Shown here piece by piece: positions 57,860-64,000 of a stretch of DNA of 64,000 nt. Position 1 is the first letter of the stretch; each line of letters opens with the position of its first letter. A model generated the notes under the pieces. It saw only the letters and a program-made list of their open reading frames with translations, was not told the DNA's origin and ran no database searches. Location: positions 11,098 through 75,097 of IMG/VR virus record IMGVR_UViG_3300046001_004063; one strand, given 5' to 3'. Origin of the DNA: a virus. The position numbers and the translations under genes were made by a program.

Positions 57860-58967
57860 TGTAGTTCTTGATTGTTGGCAATGGTAAGGTTCCGCCGCGT
57901 TTCATGTAATCTTTGTGCCAAATTGGCAACAGGCAAGCATCAGACCATCCGCCAAACATTCTCTTGTATCGTGTTTTGCAATCTTGGTGGAATGCCTTAG
58001 GAGAACCATAACGTTTCATGTGTTGGTAAAACTCCAACTCGTGTTCTTTGGTAATTTCTATGTCCTGTTCACGACACAGTGTGGCAAAGCGTCCAAATGT
58101 AATTAGATAGCCACCATCCACACCTTTTTCACTGGCATAGTATTTGTTGTGCCAGGCCAGCACCCAATCCAAATCTTCCTTGCTTACATCAAAGTTATCG
58201 GTGCCATGTCCTGCCAGTTTCAACATGCTACTGATGTGAGTAATCATGCCCGGCTTGGCTTTTTGCCCTCGTGCTTCCAGTCCCGGTGCCGCAAACATGT
58301 TGTGAGTTTGCAATATATTTTGTATTTCATTGGCCTGCAGATCTTCAGTCAAGGTGCTGTTGTAAAGACGCACACCATTGACCATACTGCGGTAGATGTA
58401 AAATAGATCTGGTTCTTTGCGTCCCTTGTAGTTGATACAACGGAAACCAAGATTGCCCACTGCTTCACCTACCAAGTCAGACCCAGGTACTCGAAGGTCG
58501 TCATCCACAACTTTACATTGTATCAGTGTGTCTGGAGAGATCAACCCAAAATGCATCATCAAGGCAAAGGCAGTACCACTTTGCTGGCCCTCCCAGGCAC
58601 TGTATCGCCCAGTTTCTTTGATGTAAATTACATTGAGTGGTTGCATGATTCTGGGATCAAACAACTCAATGATATTTTTGCCAATGTGTGGAATTTCCAA
58701 CAGGCGCTGAATGTCAATGTTGATATCAACCAGGCTGGCAGGCTGTAATTCAAGCCGACCAAAGTGTTCTTGTGTGTACTGCTCGCCTTGCAGTCGTTCT
58801 CGAAGATTTTCTATAGCCTCTTGTATGTCATCTTCATTGGCAATGGCCATAGCCCGAGATACCAGTGGATCATAGATATTGCCAGTTGACACCATTGGTG
58901 TTTGAACTGCTTTGGGCACAGGTGCAAACGGATTCACCATTAGATTAGACACAATGGGTCGAGCCAT
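57840..58967 (-). CDS. ParB/Srx-like N-terminal domain protein
   Basis: IQR...FDP...AWEGQQ (DGQHR-like). Confidence 0.55.
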   Translation of the reverse strand: MARPIVSNLMVNPFAPVPKAVQTPMVSTGNIYDPLVSRAMAIANEDDIQEAIENLRERLQGEQYTQEHFGRLELQPASLVDINIDIQRLLEIPHIGKNIIELFDPRIMQPLNVIYIKETGRYSAWEGQQSGTAFALMMHFGLISPDTLIQCKVVDDDLRVPGSDLVGEAVGNLGFRCINYKGRKEPDLFYIYRSMVNGVRLYNSTLTEDLQANEIQNILQTHNMFAAPGLEARGQKAKPGMITHISSMLKLAGHGTDNFDVSKEDLDWVLAWHNKYYASEKGVDGGYLITFGRFATLCREQDIEITKEHELEFYQHMKRYGSPKAFHQDCKTRYKRMFGGWSDACLLPIWHKDYMKRGGTLPLPTIKNYNEYKSL

Positions 58968-58998
58968 AATTTTTACTCCAAAAAGTTAAAGACAAACA

Positions 58999-59027
58999 AG
59001 TATAACAGGTTATGGGTTATTGGTCAA
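58999..59027 (-). promoter_or_regulatory. early sigma70-type promoter
   Basis: TTGACC-17-TATACT. Confidence 0.75.
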
Positions 59028-59965
59028 GTAAATTCAAGTACATTAGATATCAAAGTTGTATTATCAATTCTTGTTTTCATTTTTTCAAACATAGACGGAT
59101 CGCGTTCAACTAAGATGCAATGTCTATTTCGGTTATTACAAGCAACACCAGTGGAACCGCTTCCTGCAAATGTATCTAATACTGTATCTCCTTGGTTGCT
59201 TAACAATTCAATGAAGTATTCTAATATTTCTGTAGGTTTTTGGGTAGGATGTATTTTTCCCTTACCTAGTCCACCACTATACGTTATAGTATTTGGAATA
59301 ATACATTGTATTAATCCTTCGTCGCTTTTCTTTCGATCTGCTAGCATTCGAGTTGCTTCTTTTTTTGCCTCATCAAAAACCTTGTCAAGATTGTCAAGAT
59401 TATCTGCGTCTTTAATCATTTTATAAACAATACTACTAACCTTGTCTGCTGATGCGTATCGTTCAACAATTGAACCTTTAGTAGTATCTGCATTAAAAGT
59501 TCTAGAGCCCTTTGGTTTAATACCAAATAACACATACTCGCAGGCACTCACCGGATTAACCTGGCGATTAAACGGAACTGCCGCAGGCTTTTTCCAGGTC
59601 CAAACACGTTTGGGCTCAAACCCTGCGTTCTCCATTGCAGTCCAAAGATAACTTACATATTGGTCGCTAATGAATATGGCAAAACTACCACCTTTGCGGA
59701 TTTTTTTAAACCAGACATTAGCCCAGCCGTTAATTTGTTGCAGGAATTCGTCGTGCCCCACATCATCCCAATCTTGTTCAAAACTTTCGCTAAACTTTTG
59801 ATTGTGAATAGTTGTTTTATTTTTACCAGTTTCTTTGTCAATCCAAACTGGCTGAGCACCATCTTCACTAATATTATATGGTGGGTCTGTCAACAGTAGG
59901 TCAATTGAACCATCTGCAATTTGATCAGACACGGTTAACATGTCGCCGTTAATTGTTGTAATCAT
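59024..59965 (-). CDS. N4/N6 DNA methyltransferase (beta class)
   Basis: DPPY before HPTQKP and DTFAGSGST. Confidence 0.92.
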   Translation of the reverse strand: MITTINGDMLTVSDQIADGSIDLLLTDPPYNISEDGAQPVWIDKETGKNKTTIHNQKFSESFEQDWDDVGHDEFLQQINGWANVWFKKIRKGGSFAIFISDQYVSYLWTAMENAGFEPKRVWTWKKPAAVPFNRQVNPVSACEYVLFGIKPKGSRTFNADTTKGSIVERYASADKVSSIVYKMIKDADNLDNLDKVFDEAKKEATRMLADRKKSDEGLIQCIIPNTITYSGGLGKGKIHPTQKPTEILEYFIELLSNQGDTVLDTFAGSGSTGVACNNRNRHCILVERDPSMFEKMKTRIDNTTLISNVLEFT

Positions 59966-61224
59966 TTCGTTTCCGATACTCTAATACTAGGCCAATTGGC
60001 CCACGCTCCGCCTGCATTACTATGATAGTGTGTAATCCAGGTATCAACATCTTTAAAAAATATTTCAGTTGTTTTAATATTTACGCTATCAATACTTATG
60101 TTAACAAACTTTTCAGTTGAAAACAACGGTTTCATTACACTACTAACTTCAGTAATAGTTTTTTTATCTACTTGCCCCCATCGAGTCATAAGTGTGATAA
60201 TCGAAAACCAAATTGGATTAAGACTGTACTCTTGTTCCCAACGTCGACGCCAATCGACTGCTTGATTTTTCTTTGGTACCCCGACTCTAGGAAATAAGTC
60301 TCCATTTAACAACTGATAAAATTTATCATATGACCCAGGAACTCTAATAAATTTTTCTAAATCTTGAACTGTTGTTCCTCCAATTAGCAAGACAATTTCA
60401 TTAATCCACGGGCAAATCTTTGCTGCATATTTAAAATAATCTTCCCTATTATGTTTAGCGTGTGCTAATAAAAAGTTAGAAATATCAGACTGTCCAGTCA
60501 ACCCTGTTAGATACTTTACTAGATTAAGTTTGCCACCACCTTGAGGCCCTTTTACGCTGATAATCTTACCGTCTCTCCAGTAGTCTACAACAATTTCGTT
60601 TGACTTTATTGGAAACTTGATTTCGTTTTTTGCTACCCCAGCAAACAGATCTTGATACGCACAAAGAACTTCTCCAAAGTCGCAGATAATTGAATTTAAG
60701 TCTTTTGATTTCATTTTAAGAAAATCTGCAGACAGTGGTGCGGCAGTTTCAACATTGAGTAAAAGACTAACAACCGCATCAAACAGTTTAGTATCAATGC
60801 CACATTCAACCGTTAATCCGTTAATAATATCTTGACGGAATTGAGTAATAGCACCTGGTGAATATACCTTGCCACCAAGACCGATATTGTCAGGAGAGAA
60901 TGCCTTGCGTGGTTTTTCTGTAGCCATTGCTTTAAGCAAAGTAGAATAGTGTGTTCCATTCCAGAAAACTAAAAACCCACAATTTTTGTATTTTGTTCCG
61001 CCACTGGCGACGGAAGCCTTTATAACTGTTCCATTTAATGGAGCAATAAGTTTTTCAAGTTTTTGTTGCGAATCAATAGCAGAAGATTTTGTAAAAATCA
61101 AACGTTTTCCGTTGGTTAATGGAGCATCAAATCTTTTTTTGCTGTCAACTTGTTCGTCTAATTCGGCTGCCAAACTGGGATATTCCTTGCAAAAGATTTT
61201 TTTAAATAATTTTTTATTTGTCAT
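59962..61224 (-). CDS. putative PD-(D/E)xK restriction-endonuclease-like protein
   Basis: DFGEVL...VDY...ISVK; coupled to the MTase; AT-rich. Confidence 0.55.
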   Translation of the reverse strand: MTNKKLFKKIFCKEYPSLAAELDEQVDSKKRFDAPLTNGKRLIFTKSSAIDSQQKLEKLIAPLNGTVIKASVASGGTKYKNCGFLVFWNGTHYSTLLKAMATEKPRKAFSPDNIGLGGKVYSPGAITQFRQDIINGLTVECGIDTKLFDAVVSLLLNVETAAPLSADFLKMKSKDLNSIICDFGEVLCAYQDLFAGVAKNEIKFPIKSNEIVVDYWRDGKIISVKGPQGGGKLNLVKYLTGLTGQSDISNFLLAHAKHNREDYFKYAAKICPWINEIVLLIGGTTVQDLEKFIRVPGSYDKFYQLLNGDLFPRVGVPKKNQAVDWRRRWEQEYSLNPIWFSIITLMTRWGQVDKKTITEVSSVMKPLFSTEKFVNISIDSVNIKTTEIFFKDVDTWITHYHSNAGGAWANWPSIRVSETK

Positions 61225-61267
61225 TGTAAATCTTCATGTTCCTGTATAAATTTCAAACTATACAAGT

Positions 61268-61296
61268 ATTATAACAAAAGGGAAATTAAAAGTCAA
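61268..61296 (-). promoter_or_regulatory. early sigma70-type promoter (repeat family)
   Basis: TTGACT-17-TATAAT. Confidence 0.8.
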
Positions 61297-61514
61297 ACAA
61301 AATCATAAGCATATTCGCCATTGATAGGACCGTTGATTTGAACTTTTCCCACTCCAAATTTACGGCTCAATGTGTGGAAAATACTGCGAGCAGTTTCTTC
61401 TGAACAGGCGGCAAACAATGTGCCAGTATCACTAAAAAATCCAGCGTGTTCGTTGTCGTTTAACAACGGACGAACCAAATAGCTAACGTCGCTTTCAAAT
61501 TCTTGTTGATTCAT
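61293..61514 (-). CDS. hypothetical early protein
   Basis: 73-aa ORF. Confidence 0.7.
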   Translation of the reverse strand: MNQQEFESDVSYLVRPLLNDNEHAGFFSDTGTLFAACSEETARSIFHTLSRKFGVGKVQINGPINGEYAYDFV

Positions 61515-61545
61515 TTTGGGACACCTTTTTAGTTTCTATACAAGT

Positions 61546-61574
61546 ATTATAGCAAAATGGGAATATCGGGTCAA
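61546..61574 (-). promoter_or_regulatory. early sigma70-type promoter (repeat family)
   Basis: TTGACC-17-TATAAT. Confidence 0.85.
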
Positions 61575-61576
61575 CC

Positions 61577-61602
61577 AAAAAAATGTGGCTAAAAAGCCAC
61601 AC
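61577..61602 (-). terminator. rho-independent terminator
   Basis: TGTGGCT-TTTT-AGCCACA followed by T7 on the - strand. Confidence 0.75.
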
Positions 61603-61631
61603 TTTAGTGCTTAATTTTTAAGCAATTTTGA

Positions 61632-61892
61632 CTATTTCTTATCCCGTATCCGGTTAATCAAATCCTTGGTAGTGTCATCTACTGGCACATCAGTTTCCAT
61701 GTGTGGGGCTCGCATGATCCTGATGCCGACTCCTTTGGTTTTGATATTCTCTGCTGCCTCTCGATCCATTCCTTCTGCCACAAGATCTTCAATGACCTCT
61801 TGAGGTAAACCAACAGGCGCAGTATTGCCACTACTCACAATAAAGACCCTGCCGTCTTCTTTTTCGACAATTCTTTCTATTTTGTTTTTCAT
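61632..61892 (-). CDS. hypothetical protein
   Basis: 86-aa ORF. Confidence 0.65.
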   Translation of the reverse strand: MKNKIERIVEKEDGRVFIVSSGNTAPVGLPQEVIEDLVAEGMDREAAENIKTKGVGIRIMRAPHMETDVPVDDTTKDLINRIRDKK

Positions 61893-62095
61893 TCAGCACT
61901 CCACAAATCAATACAATACACCTTGGCCAGAGCCTTGGTCAGGGTCCTGTGTGCTTCTTGTGCGGCAAGGAATCCGTCATCGTACCCTTCCTTGTAGATG
62001 GGATGGTTGTCAAGTTTGGCTTGATCTTCTTTTAGGCTTTCAAGCAAAGCACGTAGCTTTCCCTGGCCGCCAGGCGGTTGGTTGTTGTAGTCCAT
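61889..62095 (-). CDS. hypothetical protein (start MDYNNQ)
   Basis: AGGA RBS upstream of ATG at 62095. Confidence 0.6.
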   Translation of the reverse strand: MDYNNQPPGGQGKLRALLESLKEDQAKLDNHPIYKEGYDDGFLAAQEAHRTLTKALAKVYCIDLWSAE

Positions 62096-62096
62096 T

Positions 62097-62250
62097 TTGT
62101 AATTTCCTAGTAGAAATTGCTGATCTGCCGTTGCCAATGTACAGACCGATTCTGCCATTAGCTACCATTGATACTATCGCTGGACTCGCTGTGTGTTCGC
62201 TTCCAGCATTGCACTGGGGGCCGGCGAGTGACTCCGATCAACCTGGAGTA
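62097..62250 (-). ncRNA. candidate structured leader / small RNA
   Basis: several stems directly behind a TCGACT-17-TATAAT promoter (62256-62284). Confidence 0.4.
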
Positions 62251-62302
62251 AATTTATTATACGCTATATGCCGAAAGTAGTCGATGACTTTGGCAAAGTT
62301 GA

Positions 62303-62635
62303 TTATACGATTGCGGCTTTTTGGATGGCACGATCACTGTAAAACACAGTACCAAGTTCACGTATGGTGTCTGCGGCTGTCTGCGGTGACGCTTCAAACA
62401 TGTCACGGATATCCGCCTCAGTGATGCCGTCAGTGGCTGTCACAAAGTAGATTTCGTAGTGGCGTTGTGGATTGAACTGTGCTCTAAGTCGTAGGTGATA
62501 GGGATTGGCCAGGGCACGGCGTGGGCTTTGTTTGCCTCTAAGGCTTTCCACAATCATTCGTTGATCGTCTGCTGTGATGTCGCCAATGTATTCAAGGCCG
62601 TTGCAGTCCCACATGATCACAAATTGATGATTCAT
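62303..62635 (-). CDS. hypothetical phage protein
   Basis: MWDCNGLE...LRA.FNPQRHYEIY. Confidence 0.75.
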   Translation of the reverse strand: MNHQFVIMWDCNGLEYIGDITADDQRMIVESLRGKQSPRRALANPYHLRLRAQFNPQRHYEIYFVTATDGITEADIRDMFEASPQTAADTIRELGTVFYSDRAIQKAAIV

Positions 62636-62847
62636 TTTACTTGAGCAATAACGGCACGGGCTTGGGCAAGGTCATCCACTTCGTCCAGTAGATCATACAC
62701 CAACATTAATTTTAACAGATCCACTTCTCTCTGATCATAGTCATCAAGATTGAGGTACCATTCTTGAAATTCTTCAGCAGTATCTATCTGCCACATGCAT
62801 TCAAGTAGATCTTTTTGGTAATATGTAAGTCCATTAATGGTTGGCAT
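62632..62847 (-). CDS. hypothetical protein
   Basis: 71-aa ORF. Confidence 0.7.
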   Translation of the reverse strand: MPTINGLTYYQKDLLECMWQIDTAEEFQEWYLNLDDYDQREVDLLKLMLVYDLLDEVDDLAQARAVIAQVK

Positions 62848-62873
62848 GCTAACACCTTTATATGATTGCTTGT

Positions 62874-62902
62874 AGTATAAAAAACTTCGCTGTGCGTGTC
62901 AA
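62874..62902 (-). promoter_or_regulatory. sigma70-type promoter
   Basis: TTGACA-17-TATACT. Confidence 0.75.
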
Positions 62903-63222
62903 CCGTTTAATCTTGGAGCCATGTCTTTATAACTTACTACCCCTGAAGAAACTGCCCCAACAGCAACTTGTTTAAAAACATTTTCGCGGCCACGAGTTCT
63001 ATAATAAGATGCCTTTTGCTTGCTAGTTAAGTAAGCAACTCTCATTTCAAGAGCCCCGGTATCTGTAGCAGAATTCCCATATTTGGTTTCTGCTAAAAAC
63101 GATAGAGTTTTTTTATAAGGTTGACCACGCCAGTTCTGTATTGGCCCTAAGATTAATTTTAAAGACTCAAATAATTCTTTGTCTTCACCACTGTTCCAGG
63201 TGTATAAGTGTTTCCTTGCCAT
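62899..63222 (-). CDS. basic hypothetical protein
   Basis: 107-aa ORF; AAGGA RBS. Confidence 0.7.
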   Translation of the reverse strand: MARKHLYTWNSGEDKELFESLKLILGPIQNWRGQPYKKTLSFLAETKYGNSATDTGALEMRVAYLTSKQKASYYRTRGRENVFKQVAVGAVSSGVVSYKDMAPRLNG

Positions 63223-63297
63223 AATAATTTCCTTTGGTTAATACCCTAGCAGTAAGGGCGGATTAAAAATATATTGAAGTAGTATCAATATGTTAGT

Positions 63298-63326
63298 AGT
63301 ATAGCACCAATCTAAGGTCTTGTCAA
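63298..63326 (-). promoter_or_regulatory. sigma70-type promoter
   Basis: TTGACA-17-TATACT. Confidence 0.78.
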
Positions 63327-63330
63327 CCCA

Positions 63331-63591
63331 TCAGGCAAACTTCATGGTAAATGCCAAATAGTCCAATTCGGAGTCAAAGTAGAATATGTAGCTGCCGGGC
63401 ATGCGATCCGAACTGGTTCGTATTACTTGCCAACGCCATTCGTCTAAAAGTTCGTTTTTGGCCCAGTCAATTACCGAATCAAGAGATCCAAAAGGTTTGG
63501 ATATGTTGATACTGTACCGAAAACTGTCGGCGTCTCGAATTTCAAAACTAAAAGTCTTAGGCCGCTTGGTCAGCGTAGTTTTCATATGCAA
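63331..63591 (-). CDS. small hypothetical protein (F..F.L.W family)
   Basis: W....L...W.W...YIFYFDSELDYLAF. Confidence 0.7.
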   Translation of the reverse strand: MHMKTTLTKRPKTFSFEIRDADSFRYSINISKPFGSLDSVIDWAKNELLDEWRWQVIRTSSDRMPGSYIFYFDSELDYLAFTMKFA

Positions 63592-63976
63592 CCGCCTTTA
63601 ACACGTCGCTGGGTATATTCCAGTATCTATAACTGTCGGCAATGTTGGCAACATAACTGCTGCCAGGTGATCCTGATCGATTAGTTGGTGTCATTTCATA
63701 AAAGAAAAAATCCCTATCTCCTTGATACCAGTCTCGCTTGACGTAGTAGGTTGGAAAGCCTTCGTATGCATCCAAAGCGTATTCACAATCTTCAGTGATT
63801 TCCCACAGTACACCTGGTACATAACAGCCGGCTTTGGGCACAATGGTGGCATGGTTATAAAATTCCAATTTCCAATCTAGCAAATCGAATTGGCACAACG
63901 GAACTGCCGCAGGGCAACGATACTTCATTGAAGCCGGGTGCATGTTGGCGCCATAGGCAAAGTATATTGATTTCAT
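63557..63976 (-). CDS. gamma-glutamylcyclotransferase-like protein
   Basis: YFAYGANM, V.GVLW, LD.YEG.P..Y. Confidence 0.88.
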   Translation of the reverse strand: MKSIYFAYGANMHPASMKYRCPAAVPLCQFDLLDWKLEFYNHATIVPKAGCYVPGVLWEITEDCEYALDAYEGFPTYYVKRDWYQGDRDFFFYEMTPTNRSGSPGSSYVANIADSYRYWNIPSDVLKAVAYENYADQAA

Positions 63977-64000
63977 AGCGTACTTAGGGTGGTGTTGCCC

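Noticed and set aside
62120-62185. tRNA-like AGTATCAATGGTAG segment
   Set aside because: No T-loop (TTCRA) or acceptor stem, so not a tRNA.
56168-63258. AGCAGTAAGG 10-mer present in two leaders
   Set aside because: Opposite orientations; a single 10-mer match among intergenic regions is expected by chance.
1-64000. Stop-codon reassignment, introns or inteins
   Set aside because: Recognisable genes are intact in code 11 and end in TAA, TAG or TGA; no splicing motifs seen.
1-64000. Bacterial chromosome or prophage interpretation because of clpA, dnaJ, infA, sod, erpA
   Set aside because: These genes are interleaved with baseplate, fibre, lysis and clamp-loader genes and T4-type late boxes; no integrase or host operon synteny.

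Overview
This 64-kb window is part of a large lytic myovirus-type (T4-superfamily-like) phage genome. It is densely coding and almost all on the - strand; only a desaturase, a methyltransferase and an HNH-phoH pair are on +. A Bug/TctC protein suggests a betaproteobacterial host (inference). Left to right: (1) 1-11.3 kb, a cluster of probable virion-internal proteins that begin with a T4-like capsid-targeting peptide (M-R-A-x-E-F-I-x-E) and consist of unrelated domains joined by [VLI]-x-E / QGVAE linkers; (2) glycosyltransferase, phosphoesterase, ClpA, DnaJ; (3) a lysis cassette whose two spanin genes are separated by a 2-kb gene; (4) an amidinotransferase / APS-kinase / sulfotransferase-like / Bug cluster; (5) phoH, clamp loader, GroES and a stand-alone DnaE fragment; (6) baseplate and tail-fibre genes; (7) ErpA, SOD, radical SAM, IF-1; (8) an early region of small genes behind repeated sigma70 promoters, with an R-M-like pair and several structured leaders. 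The best candidate for an undescribed system is the capsid-targeted, protease-cleavable, shufflable polyprotein cargo. Many late genes also look leaderless (TAAATA/TAAGTA 3-8 nt before ATG). I found no tRNA, rRNA, CRISPR array, integrase or reverse transcriptase. All product calls come from motif recognition by eye; no database searches were run.
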